DNA of 64,000 nt from an uncultured Verrucomicrobiae bacterium (lineage in GTDB: Bacteria; Chlamydiota; Chlamydiia; Chlamydiales; Rhabdochlamydiaceae): the NCBI GenBank assembly GCA_963731265.1, contig CAVSUE010000001.1:224001-288000 (forward strand). Direction: 5' to 3'. The notes beneath the pieces were generated by a model that saw nothing but the letters and a program-made list of their open reading frames with translations, was not told the DNA's origin and made no database searches. Below are positions 21,401 through 30,770 of the stretch, one piece after another. A program made the translations under genes and the position numbers. Positions within the stretch are counted from its first letter, which is position 1, and each line of letters begins with the position of its first letter.

Positions 21401-24266
21401 AACAGGAGGCAATGTTACCACAAGCGGTATATTGACTTTAGGCAACAATAGGACAGCGACCTCTTATGCCGGCGCTATCACTGGGACAGGGGGCATTACA
21501 AAAACAGCGACCCAAAGCCAAACTCTAACGGGCTCTAATCTTAACACTTATTCAGGAACCACGACAATTAGTCAGGGAACGCTTGTAGCAGGGGGAGGCG
21601 ATGTTCTGTCTCCAAATTCCATTGTTGCTTTCACAAACAATTCAGGTACACTGGACATGTCAGGAATGGGTGACAGTAACACAATTGCAGGCCTTTCAGG
21701 CCCAGGAGGCAATGTTTTGTTGGGCGCCAATACATTGAGTTTGGAGAATACGACCAACACTTCTTATGGCGGCGGTATCACTGGGGCGGGCGGGGTCACT
21801 CTTGCAACATCAACCATGTCTATCTCCCAAACTCTAACAGGCGGGGGGCGTAACACCTACTCAGGACCCACGATAATCAATTTGGGAACTCTTACTGGAG
21901 CGGGAGGGAATGCCTTGTCTCCCAACTCGATTGTTCTCTTGTCAAATACTCCAGGAGCTACACTTAACATCCTGGAGGATAACCAAATTGCCGGTCTTTC
22001 TATAGGCGGAACAGCAGGAGGCAATGTGACCCTGACTCGCACATTGACTTTAGGCAACAACACGACCGCGACCTCTTATGCCGGCGCTATCACTGGAACG
22101 GGCGGGATCACTAAAGTAGGAACAGCTACCCAAACTCTAACGGGGGGCGGTCTTAACACCTACACAGGATTCACGACAATCAATGCGGGAACTCTTCAAG
22201 CAGGCGCAACAAATGCCTTGGCGGGCAGTTCGGTTGTTTCCTTTGCAAACGTTTCGGGGGCTACGCTCAATATTACAGGGTACGATAACGCAGTTGGCAA
22301 TATTTCAGGGGGCGGGTCTACAGGAGGTAATATCATTTTAGGAGCGAATACTTTAACATTTGGTGCCAATACTTCACCGACCTTCTATGCTGGATCGATC
22401 AGTGGCACGGGAGATATTACTAAAGTAGGCTCAGGCAGCACGTCTCTTTCCGGAAACAATACTTTTACAGGTCAAGTAATGATTTCAGGAGGAACGTTAG
22501 CCATTGATGAGATCAGCGCGATAGACACTAGCGCTGGCGTGACCGATAATGCAATTCTCGCCTTCAATTTTCCTGGAGCTGGGACTTATAGTAATGACAT
22601 CGTCGGATCAGGGGAGGTTATCAAAAACCAGCCTTCCGGCGTCCTGACTCTGACAGGAACAAACGACTTCGGTCCTTTTGTGATCAATAGTGGAACGGTG
22701 TACATCAATGGTGGAGGGACGACAACGACTGAGACGACGATTGAGCCGGGAGCTCTCTTGCGGGGCAACGGGCCTCTAGCAGGCGCTACCATCACCAATT
22801 ATGGAACCGTTTACCCAGGAAATTCGATTGGGACTTTAGATCTGATAGGCTCTTACATTGAAGCTTCCGGATCCACTTTGGAAATTGAATTGAGCCCTCA
22901 ACCTGGAGTTACAGATCTCTTAAATATTGCAGGCACAATGACTATCGACCCCAATGCCACTCTTTTTTTGATGCCAGACCCAGGAATGTACGCAGCGACA
23001 AGTGTTTATCAGATCGTGGCGACAACAGGGGGTGTAACGGGAGCATTTGATAACGTTGTCGGCAACAATTTCGGCCTGGTTAAGTTTAATGTGGATTATA
23101 GAAACAATGGGATTTTCCTCGAGGCTGCGTTCTCAACTTTTGTTAGCGCTGCCGCCCCTGGAAATCCTACAAGCGTAGCTACTTATCTCGACACATTGAC
23201 CCCACCTCCCGGTTCCGATCTTGCCTTTGTTTTCAATATTTTAAGGACTCTTGGCCCCACGCAGTACAATGCAGCTTTGGATCAGCTCGATCCTGCTCCT
23301 TATAAAGGTTTGAGTGTTGCGCAACAAGAAAACGTATTTAGACTCGGCAACGGCCTTACTCATCATCTCGATGATTTCATCAACACAGCTTGCCGAAGAG
23401 ATGTCGATCGGAGAAAAAACTTCGAACTATGGGCCGATGTGTTTGGAGATTGGTCAAAACAGCATAGCCAACACGGTCACTTAGGCTACCACTCCAAAGG
23501 AGGGGGAGCTCTTCTTGGGGGAGATTACTCATTTACCAACAACTTTCTCTTAGGATTGGCAGGAGGATATACCTACAGTGATGTACACTCGAGCGAATCA
23601 CGTGCGAAGGGTCATATTAATAGCTACTACGGAGCCCTCTATACTTTGCTACATGGCCATCATTTGTTCCTGGATTTAGCTTTTATCGGTGGTTATGATC
23701 AATTTGATGAGTCTCGCAAAATCAAATTTTCTTCCATTTACGTCGGAGGCATCGATCGAAGGGCGCATACAGACCATCATGGCTGGAATGTTGACGGTCA
23801 CGCAGGCGCAGGAGTGATTATCGATCAATGGAAGGCCCTTGAAATACGCCCGTTCATTTCTTTTGATTATTTGTTCCTACACGAAGATGGATTTAAAGAG
23901 AGCGGAGCGAAAAGCCTCAATCTTGAAGTGCGTCATTCCGATTACTCCATGCTGAGAAGCGAAGCCGGTATCAATTTGGCAAGGTGCTTTAGAGGCAAAC
24001 ATGGATTGGTGATCCCCGAGGTTGGCTTCAGTGTCATTCGTGAAAATCGATTCTCCGGAAGACACTATCGCTCGAACCTTGTCGGTGAACCCGGTTCGTT
24101 TGTTGTCAGTGGCCTATATCCTGATCGAACCTTATACCATCCAGCGGCCGGGCTCACTGGCGCATTTTGCGACGACAGGCTAGCCTTCTCTGTCTACTAT
24201 GATGGAGAATTTGGACATCACTATTCCGATAACGCAGGAACAGCAGAACTCTCATGGAGATTTTAA
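18426..24266 (+). CDS. Gly-rich autotransporter with passenger-associated beta-strand repeats (copy 1)
   Basis: Signal peptide, DDGSTGSLRQ, poly-Gly region, repeated G.(L/I)TK.G.GT.TL.G..NTY.G.T.I..GTL, PGNSIGTL linker, beta-barrel ending in SWRF. Confidence 0.93.
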   Translation: MASTFTFKKAIQSLLYYSICSAAVPLFSMDRQVTTTADDGSTGSLRQVINATNGSGGAPGDTITFTVGGTITLASPLTPITQQNVVMNTNGNAITLNGGGTYSGLFIWPTAQSFILNNTVNGSFTSLNTASIGGSGGTNAGGALGAGGGIFVPAATEVTIQGITLTNCKATGGAGGPPNSGGGGFLGGGGGMSSSFGGTVTGGTAGGGGGGGFGMASGGGGSGDSGGGGGGIGVGNSGGNSLGGTVEGAGGGSDAGAGGNAPALIAGNGSTGTSGSGGGGGGGVNDGGASGTGSSGGGGAIGGFLVANFGGNGGPILGGFGGANPGTTGTSGGGGGGVGGGGGGTGGNGGAGGYSGGGGGGGEVAAAVQTTGGAGGFGGGGGAGSNQGGAGGFGGGGGSYTTMPGTAGAGGGNFGGHGGSSPGLGGGGGGGAGLGGAIFIDQTGYLTVRGLIISGSTISGGAAGDLASGSLPGEASGIDIFIRATGTMNFAQSNTVTLSSSNSINSDTATGGGAGGIVMSGTGILVFGAQNFYAGSTDFEGGTTQVSADNQLGLSQNPLYFGTYQGNGTLEITANGFSSARSVQLGTFGGTIETDPSVTATFSGPITNYMSQTGALTKSGTGTLVLSDASNTYSGGTNFTAGTVQISSPGDLGNSSGVLTFTNAAILEFTAGFATNTLSSPITLGGSGTGSGGTLQTDTGVTATLSGAITGNGQLTKQGTGTLTLSGTSNTYHGQTNLLVGTVASAASNNLSPNSVVSFSGASAGASLNVTAGSGTTNTIGGLTGGTASIGSVMLGANILALNTSTSLSYGGSITGSTGGITKTGGGTQTLTGTANVYSGLTTINQGTLAAGATNALSATSIVTFSASDPTATLTISGFNNTVAGLAGGGVSAGTVNLGANTLTINNTTASSFAGAISGTGGITKTGTAPQTFTGVGRNIYQGVTTIDAGTLTAGAMNALSPNSIVTLLNVAGATLNITANNQIAGLSGGGTTGGNVTTSGILTLGNNRTATSYAGAITGTGGITKTATQSQTLTGSNLNTYSGTTTISQGTLVAGGGDVLSPNSIVAFTNNSGTLDMSGMGDSNTIAGLSGPGGNVLLGANTLSLENTTNTSYGGGITGAGGVTLATSTMSISQTLTGGGRNTYSGPTIINLGTLTGAGGNALSPNSIVLLSNTPGATLNILEDNQIAGLSIGGTAGGNVTLTRTLTLGNNTTATSYAGAITGTGGITKVGTATQTLTGGGLNTYTGFTTINAGTLQAGATNALAGSSVVSFANVSGATLNITGYDNAVGNISGGGSTGGNIILGANTLTFGANTSPTFYAGSISGTGDITKVGSGSTSLSGNNTFTGQVMISGGTLAIDEISAIDTSAGVTDNAILAFNFPGAGTYSNDIVGSGEVIKNQPSGVLTLTGTNDFGPFVINSGTVYINGGGTTTTETTIEPGALLRGNGPLAGATITNYGTVYPGNSIGTLDLIGSYIEASGSTLEIELSPQPGVTDLLNIAGTMTIDPNATLFLMPDPGMYAATSVYQIVATTGGVTGAFDNVVGNNFGLVKFNVDYRNNGIFLEAAFSTFVSAAAPGNPTSVATYLDTLTPPPGSDLAFVFNILRTLGPTQYNAALDQLDPAPYKGLSVAQQENVFRLGNGLTHHLDDFINTACRRDVDRRKNFELWADVFGDWSKQHSQHGHLGYHSKGGGALLGGDYSFTNNFLLGLAGGYTYSDVHSSESRAKGHINSYYGALYTLLHGHHLFLDLAFIGGYDQFDESRKIKFSSIYVGGIDRRAHTDHHGWNVDGHAGAGVIIDQWKALEIRPFISFDYLFLHEDGFKESGAKSLNLEVRHSDYSMLRSEAGINLARCFRGKHGLVIPEVGFSVIRENRFSGRHYRSNLVGEPGSFVVSGLYPDRTLYHPAAGLTGAFCDDRLAFSVYYDGEFGHHYSDNAGTAELSWRF

Positions 24267-24329
24267 GAACCGAATAAATGGCAGTCTCTTCTTGCAAAAG
24301 AGCAATTCTTTGCTCTTTTGCAAGTCTCC
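20550..24329 (+). repeat. 3780-bp direct repeat, copy 1
   Basis: Matches 26797-30576 (offset 6247); only one difference noticed (24128 A / 30375 C, synonymous). Confidence 0.92.
24291..24324 (+). terminator. 15-bp perfect hairpin after autotransporter 1, part of a dispersed repeat (family C)
   Basis: CTTGCAAAAGAGCAA-TTCT-TTGCTCTTTTGCAAG; also at 30538-30571 and degenerate at 31573. Confidence 0.65.
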
Positions 24330-24554
24330 GCAGCCTCTGCCTCTGCGCCCGCTGCACATCTGAAATTGCCATTCGCCAACTTATGCATCTCACATGGGCT
24401 CAAAAATCGAAGACAAATAAAGCCGCAGAACTTTGTAGATAGGGTCATTCGGTTTTAAAAATGTTGAATTAAAATTTCTTATTGATCTATAAAAAAATCA
24501 TTCGATGGTAAACCCATAAATATGCGGGTTTACCAGCGAATGCCGGCAAGTTTA

Positions 24555-24641
24555 TTAACTCGGCTGTCAAAACGTGACAAGATACGCCAGCTAGGCAAAG
24601 CCGCTGCAAGCAGATTGTCACCTTTTGACAGCTTATGATAA
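24555..24641. mobile_element. 87-bp MITE-like insertion with TA duplication (family D)
   Basis: GCTGTCAAAACGTGACAA ... TTGTCACCTTTTGACAGC; absent from the paralogous leader at 18371-18380 (GTTTAAAGTC). Confidence 0.8.
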
Positions 24642-24693
24642 TAAAGTCATTGGCCGAAGGAATGGCCCCTAAATCAACTTTTGGAGAGCAGCG

Positions 24694-27600
24694 ATGGCAT
24701 CAATTTTTACATTCAAAAAAGCAGTTCAATCCTTACTTTACTATTCTATCTGTTCAGCAGCCGTGCCGCTTTTTAGTGCGGATCATTCTGTTACGAATAA
24801 CAATGATAGTGGGGCAGGATCGTTGCGAGCGGCTATTACTGCTGCAAATGCTGGTGCTGCCGGTGATACGATTACTTTTAATTTAAGTAGTTCGCCTTCT
24901 GGCATGATTACATTGCTGTCGCCATTAACTCCGATTATTCAGCAAGGGGTAACCATGAGTACAAATGGTTTCAATGTTATATTGAATGGAGGTGTCGCGA
25001 ATGTACCCACTTTTTCTGGTCTTTTTATTTGGCCCACTGCGGGAAGCTTTACTCTTAATACCGCTGCAGGAGGAACCTTTTCTTCAGAATATACCGCTTC
25101 TATCGGAGGAAATGGAGGAACTAATGCTGGAGGAGGTCTGGGAGCAGGAGGAGGTATTTTTGTTCCTCAAAATACTTCAGTCGGGATTCAGGGAATTACT
25201 TTCACAAATTGCCAGGCACTAGGAGGATTCGGCGGAGCTCCCAATTCCGGCGGAGGAGGTTTTCTCGGAGGTGGGGGTGGCATGAATCAAGGAAATGGCG
25301 GGGTTGTGACCGGAGGAACCGCAGGCGGAGGCGGGGGCGGGGGGTTTGCTGCAAATGGTGGTGGTGGGTCTGGAGATGGTGGTGCTGGCGGTGGCGGAGT
25401 GGGCGTTGGCAATGTGGGGGGAGATACCTCCCCCGGATCTGTAGAAGGAGGCGGTGGAGGATCGGATAAAGGCGCTGGGGGGGATTCAATCGGAGGCGCC
25501 CAAGGTGGTAATGGAAATACCGGAACGAAAGGTACCGGAGGACTGGGGGGTATCGCTGGCATTGGAATGAATCCAAATGGGGGAAATGGAACGGGCACAA
25601 GTGGAGGCGGGGGAGCTGCTGAAAATTCTCAACCAGCAACTGGCGGAACTGGAGGTTTGGGGGGACACGGAGGAACTACTTTAAGCGCTTTATCTTCTGG
25701 AGCTGGCGGGGGGGGCGTTGGTGGCGGCGGCGGTGGAACCGGGGGTAATGGAGGTGCTGGCGGATATGCCGGCGGTGGGGGTGGGGGTGGCGAAGTTGGA
25801 GCAACATCTTCTCAAACAACCGGAGGGGCTGGAGGTTTCGGCGGTGGAGGAGGAGCCGGCTCCAATCAAGGTGGCGCTGGAGGATTTGGTGGTGGCGGTA
25901 GTAGTTACACAACGACCCCAGGTACAGCTGGTGCGGCGGGGTTCTCTGGTGGATACGGCTCCTCTACTCCTAACGGAGGGGGTGGCGGCGGGGCCGGATT
26001 GGGAGGAGCCATTTTCATTGATCAAGGGGGTACACTTACCGTATCAAATTTCCTTAATATAACTAATAGCTTCGCTGAAGGGGCCGCAGGTGGGGGCACA
26101 GGGGGACCTGGATCTTCGGCGGGCACGGATATCTTCATCAGGAAGAGCGGGACGATGAATTTCGGAATCAATCAGCCTAATTCATACACTGTTTCCAATC
26201 CCATTGAGAGCGATGCTAACGGCGTAGGCGGAGGGACAGGCGGAATAGTGATGAGCGGAACTGGAATATTAGTTCTTGCTACCCCCAATTCCTATGCAGG
26301 TAGTACCGATTTCGAGGGTGGAACGACACAAGTTTCTGCGGATAACCAGCTAGGCCTATCACAAAACCCTTTAGTTTTCGGAACTTCTGGAAATGGGACT
26401 TTAGAATTAACATCTACTTTCACTTTTCCCACAACTCGTACCGTGACAATCAATGGAGCGGGAGGAACAATACAGACCGATCCCTCCGTAACGACTACAG
26501 TTAGCGGCCCCATTTCCGGAACTGGAGCGTTAACAAAATCTGGGACGGGAACACTTGTTCTTTCTGATGCTAGCAATACCTATAGTGGCGGAACGAATTT
26601 CACGGCGGGCACGGTTCAGATTTCCAACCCAGCAGATTTAGGTAGCTCCGCTGGAGTCCTTACTTTTACGAATGCCGCTACTCTCGAGTTTTTAGCGGGA
26701 TTCTCTCCCACCACTTTGGCATCCCCCATTTCCTTAGGCAGTGGAGGAGGAACTCTACAAACTGATACGGGTGTGACTGCGACCCTAAGCGGTGCAATCA
26801 CGGGAAATGGTCAGCTCACTAAACAAGGAACAGGAACACTTACTTTATCTGGCACATCGAACACCTACCACGGACAAACAAATCTTCTTGTCGGAACCGT
26901 TGCCTCTGCAGCGTCTAATAATTTATCTCCGAACTCTGTCGTATCTTTCTCAGGGGCGAGTGCAGGAGCTTCCCTGAATGTTACCGCAGGATCTGGTACA
27001 ACAAATACAATTGGTGGTCTAACCGGAGGCACAGCTTCGATTGGCAGTGTTATGTTGGGAGCCAACATATTGGCTTTAAACACCTCCACGAGCCTGTCTT
27101 ATGGAGGGAGTATAACGGGATCAACGGGCGGAATCACTAAGACTGGAGGAGGCACCCAAACTCTCACAGGCACTGCTAACGTTTACTCAGGGCTCACGAC
27201 AATTAACCAAGGGACTCTTGCAGCAGGAGCGACAAATGCTTTGTCTGCCACCTCCATTGTGACTTTCTCGGCGAGTGATCCAACAGCTACACTCACTATC
27301 TCCGGATTTAATAATACAGTGGCGGGCCTTGCAGGAGGCGGCGTTTCGGCGGGGACTGTTAACTTGGGCGCCAACACATTAACTATCAACAACACGACCG
27401 CATCTTCTTTTGCGGGTGCTATCTCTGGAACAGGCGGAATCACTAAAACAGGTACAGCCCCCCAAACTTTCACGGGCGTCGGTCGCAACATCTACCAAGG
27501 AGTCACGACAATTGACGCGGGAACCCTTACTGCAGGTGCGATGAATGCGTTATCTCCCAATTCCATTGTTACCTTGTTAAATGTTGCAGGAGCTACCCTC

Positions 27601-30513
27601 AATATCACAGCTAATAACCAAATTGCCGGCCTTTCTGGAGGAGGAACAACAGGAGGCAATGTTACCACAAGCGGTATATTGACTTTAGGCAACAATAGGA
27701 CAGCGACCTCTTATGCCGGCGCTATCACTGGGACAGGGGGCATTACAAAAACAGCGACCCAAAGCCAAACTCTAACGGGCTCTAATCTTAACACTTATTC
27801 AGGAACCACGACAATTAGTCAGGGAACGCTTGTAGCAGGGGGAGGCGATGTTCTGTCTCCAAATTCCATTGTTGCTTTCACAAACAATTCAGGTACACTG
27901 GACATGTCAGGAATGGGTGACAGTAACACAATTGCAGGCCTTTCAGGCCCAGGAGGCAATGTTTTGTTGGGCGCCAATACATTGAGTTTGGAGAATACGA
28001 CCAACACTTCTTATGGCGGCGGTATCACTGGGGCGGGCGGGGTCACTCTTGCAACATCAACCATGTCTATCTCCCAAACTCTAACAGGCGGGGGGCGTAA
28101 CACCTACTCAGGACCCACGATAATCAATTTGGGAACTCTTACTGGAGCGGGAGGGAATGCCTTGTCTCCCAACTCGATTGTTCTCTTGTCAAATACTCCA
28201 GGAGCTACACTTAACATCCTGGAGGATAACCAAATTGCCGGTCTTTCTATAGGCGGAACAGCAGGAGGCAATGTGACCCTGACTCGCACATTGACTTTAG
28301 GCAACAACACGACCGCGACCTCTTATGCCGGCGCTATCACTGGAACGGGCGGGATCACTAAAGTAGGAACAGCTACCCAAACTCTAACGGGGGGCGGTCT
28401 TAACACCTACACAGGATTCACGACAATCAATGCGGGAACTCTTCAAGCAGGCGCAACAAATGCCTTGGCGGGCAGTTCGGTTGTTTCCTTTGCAAACGTT
28501 TCGGGGGCTACGCTCAATATTACAGGGTACGATAACGCAGTTGGCAATATTTCAGGGGGCGGGTCTACAGGAGGTAATATCATTTTAGGAGCGAATACTT
28601 TAACATTTGGTGCCAATACTTCACCGACCTTCTATGCTGGATCGATCAGTGGCACGGGAGATATTACTAAAGTAGGCTCAGGCAGCACGTCTCTTTCCGG
28701 AAACAATACTTTTACAGGTCAAGTAATGATTTCAGGAGGAACGTTAGCCATTGATGAGATCAGCGCGATAGACACTAGCGCTGGCGTGACCGATAATGCA
28801 ATTCTCGCCTTCAATTTTCCTGGAGCTGGGACTTATAGTAATGACATCGTCGGATCAGGGGAGGTTATCAAAAACCAGCCTTCCGGCGTCCTGACTCTGA
28901 CAGGAACAAACGACTTCGGTCCTTTTGTGATCAATAGTGGAACGGTGTACATCAATGGTGGAGGGACGACAACGACTGAGACGACGATTGAGCCGGGAGC
29001 TCTCTTGCGGGGCAACGGGCCTCTAGCAGGCGCTACCATCACCAATTATGGAACCGTTTACCCAGGAAATTCGATTGGGACTTTAGATCTGATAGGCTCT
29101 TACATTGAAGCTTCCGGATCCACTTTGGAAATTGAATTGAGCCCTCAACCTGGAGTTACAGATCTCTTAAATATTGCAGGCACAATGACTATCGACCCCA
29201 ATGCCACTCTTTTTTTGATGCCAGACCCAGGAATGTACGCAGCGACAAGTGTTTATCAGATCGTGGCGACAACAGGGGGTGTAACGGGAGCATTTGATAA
29301 CGTTGTCGGCAACAATTTCGGCCTGGTTAAGTTTAATGTGGATTATAGAAACAATGGGATTTTCCTCGAGGCTGCGTTCTCAACTTTTGTTAGCGCTGCC
29401 GCCCCTGGAAATCCTACAAGCGTAGCTACTTATCTCGACACATTGACCCCACCTCCCGGTTCCGATCTTGCCTTTGTTTTCAATATTTTAAGGACTCTTG
29501 GCCCCACGCAGTACAATGCAGCTTTGGATCAGCTCGATCCTGCTCCTTATAAAGGTTTGAGTGTTGCGCAACAAGAAAACGTATTTAGACTCGGCAACGG
29601 CCTTACTCATCATCTCGATGATTTCATCAACACAGCTTGCCGAAGAGATGTCGATCGGAGAAAAAACTTCGAACTATGGGCCGATGTGTTTGGAGATTGG
29701 TCAAAACAGCATAGCCAACACGGTCACTTAGGCTACCACTCCAAAGGAGGGGGAGCTCTTCTTGGGGGAGATTACTCATTTACCAACAACTTTCTCTTAG
29801 GATTGGCAGGAGGATATACCTACAGTGATGTACACTCGAGCGAATCACGTGCGAAGGGTCATATTAATAGCTACTACGGAGCCCTCTATACTTTGCTACA
29901 TGGCCATCATTTGTTCCTGGATTTAGCTTTTATCGGTGGTTATGATCAATTTGATGAGTCTCGCAAAATCAAATTTTCTTCCATTTACGTCGGAGGCATC
30001 GATCGAAGGGCGCATACAGACCATCATGGCTGGAATGTTGACGGTCACGCAGGCGCAGGAGTGATTATCGATCAATGGAAGGCCCTTGAAATACGCCCGT
30101 TCATTTCTTTTGATTATTTGTTCCTACACGAAGATGGATTTAAAGAGAGCGGAGCGAAAAGCCTCAATCTTGAAGTGCGTCATTCCGATTACTCCATGCT
30201 GAGAAGCGAAGCCGGTATCAATTTGGCAAGGTGCTTTAGAGGCAAACATGGATTGGTGATCCCCGAGGTTGGCTTCAGTGTCATTCGTGAAAATCGATTC
30301 TCCGGAAGACACTATCGCTCGAACCTTGTCGGTGAACCCGGTTCGTTTGTTGTCAGTGGCCTATATCCTGATCGCACCTTATACCATCCAGCGGCCGGGC
30401 TCACTGGCGCATTTTGCGACGACAGGCTAGCCTTCTCTGTCTACTATGATGGAGAATTTGGACATCACTATTCCGATAACGCAGGAACAGCAGAACTCTC
30501 ATGGAGATTTTAA
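24694..30513 (+). CDS. Gly-rich autotransporter with passenger-associated beta-strand repeats (copy 2)
   Basis: Same architecture as copy 1; divergent N-terminal ~700 aa, identical C-terminal ~1240 aa. Confidence 0.93.
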   Translation: MASIFTFKKAVQSLLYYSICSAAVPLFSADHSVTNNNDSGAGSLRAAITAANAGAAGDTITFNLSSSPSGMITLLSPLTPIIQQGVTMSTNGFNVILNGGVANVPTFSGLFIWPTAGSFTLNTAAGGTFSSEYTASIGGNGGTNAGGGLGAGGGIFVPQNTSVGIQGITFTNCQALGGFGGAPNSGGGGFLGGGGGMNQGNGGVVTGGTAGGGGGGGFAANGGGGSGDGGAGGGGVGVGNVGGDTSPGSVEGGGGGSDKGAGGDSIGGAQGGNGNTGTKGTGGLGGIAGIGMNPNGGNGTGTSGGGGAAENSQPATGGTGGLGGHGGTTLSALSSGAGGGGVGGGGGGTGGNGGAGGYAGGGGGGGEVGATSSQTTGGAGGFGGGGGAGSNQGGAGGFGGGGSSYTTTPGTAGAAGFSGGYGSSTPNGGGGGGAGLGGAIFIDQGGTLTVSNFLNITNSFAEGAAGGGTGGPGSSAGTDIFIRKSGTMNFGINQPNSYTVSNPIESDANGVGGGTGGIVMSGTGILVLATPNSYAGSTDFEGGTTQVSADNQLGLSQNPLVFGTSGNGTLELTSTFTFPTTRTVTINGAGGTIQTDPSVTTTVSGPISGTGALTKSGTGTLVLSDASNTYSGGTNFTAGTVQISNPADLGSSAGVLTFTNAATLEFLAGFSPTTLASPISLGSGGGTLQTDTGVTATLSGAITGNGQLTKQGTGTLTLSGTSNTYHGQTNLLVGTVASAASNNLSPNSVVSFSGASAGASLNVTAGSGTTNTIGGLTGGTASIGSVMLGANILALNTSTSLSYGGSITGSTGGITKTGGGTQTLTGTANVYSGLTTINQGTLAAGATNALSATSIVTFSASDPTATLTISGFNNTVAGLAGGGVSAGTVNLGANTLTINNTTASSFAGAISGTGGITKTGTAPQTFTGVGRNIYQGVTTIDAGTLTAGAMNALSPNSIVTLLNVAGATLNITANNQIAGLSGGGTTGGNVTTSGILTLGNNRTATSYAGAITGTGGITKTATQSQTLTGSNLNTYSGTTTISQGTLVAGGGDVLSPNSIVAFTNNSGTLDMSGMGDSNTIAGLSGPGGNVLLGANTLSLENTTNTSYGGGITGAGGVTLATSTMSISQTLTGGGRNTYSGPTIINLGTLTGAGGNALSPNSIVLLSNTPGATLNILEDNQIAGLSIGGTAGGNVTLTRTLTLGNNTTATSYAGAITGTGGITKVGTATQTLTGGGLNTYTGFTTINAGTLQAGATNALAGSSVVSFANVSGATLNITGYDNAVGNISGGGSTGGNIILGANTLTFGANTSPTFYAGSISGTGDITKVGSGSTSLSGNNTFTGQVMISGGTLAIDEISAIDTSAGVTDNAILAFNFPGAGTYSNDIVGSGEVIKNQPSGVLTLTGTNDFGPFVINSGTVYINGGGTTTTETTIEPGALLRGNGPLAGATITNYGTVYPGNSIGTLDLIGSYIEASGSTLEIELSPQPGVTDLLNIAGTMTIDPNATLFLMPDPGMYAATSVYQIVATTGGVTGAFDNVVGNNFGLVKFNVDYRNNGIFLEAAFSTFVSAAAPGNPTSVATYLDTLTPPPGSDLAFVFNILRTLGPTQYNAALDQLDPAPYKGLSVAQQENVFRLGNGLTHHLDDFINTACRRDVDRRKNFELWADVFGDWSKQHSQHGHLGYHSKGGGALLGGDYSFTNNFLLGLAGGYTYSDVHSSESRAKGHINSYYGALYTLLHGHHLFLDLAFIGGYDQFDESRKIKFSSIYVGGIDRRAHTDHHGWNVDGHAGAGVIIDQWKALEIRPFISFDYLFLHEDGFKESGAKSLNLEVRHSDYSMLRSEAGINLARCFRGKHGLVIPEVGFSVIRENRFSGRHYRSNLVGEPGSFVVSGLYPDRTLYHPAAGLTGAFCDDRLAFSVYYDGEFGHHYSDNAGTAELSWRF

Positions 30514-30576
30514 GAACCGAATAAATGGCAGTCTCTTCTTGCAAAAGAGCAATTCTTTGCTCTTTTGCAAGTCTCC
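26797..30576 (+). repeat. 3780-bp direct repeat, copy 2
   Basis: Matches 20550-24329. Confidence 0.92.
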
Positions 30577-30770
30577 ACAGCCGATCTAATTGACTCTGTA
30601 CGCATTTCAAGTTGACAATACCCGATCAGAAACTTCGAGGGGAAATAGTTAAAAATTTTTTTAATCGCCTCTTATATTTCATAACATATTGAAAATCATA
30701 ATTTTATTTATTTAATTGAAATAATTAACTGATTTTAGTTATAATTTTATTAAAATAAATTAGGTTTATT

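Noticed and set aside
18728..26025. Pro-rich minus-strand ORFs
   Set aside because: Antisense shadows of Gly codon runs in the autotransporters
18426..30513. Calling the autotransporters Pmp proteins
   Set aside because: Repeated GGA(I/L/V)/FxxN motifs are absent; repeats are of the passenger-associated beta-strand type
20550..30576. Diversity-generating retroelement or invertase shufflon
   Set aside because: No reverse transcriptase or recombinase nearby, repeats are direct, and there is no adenine-specific mismatch pattern
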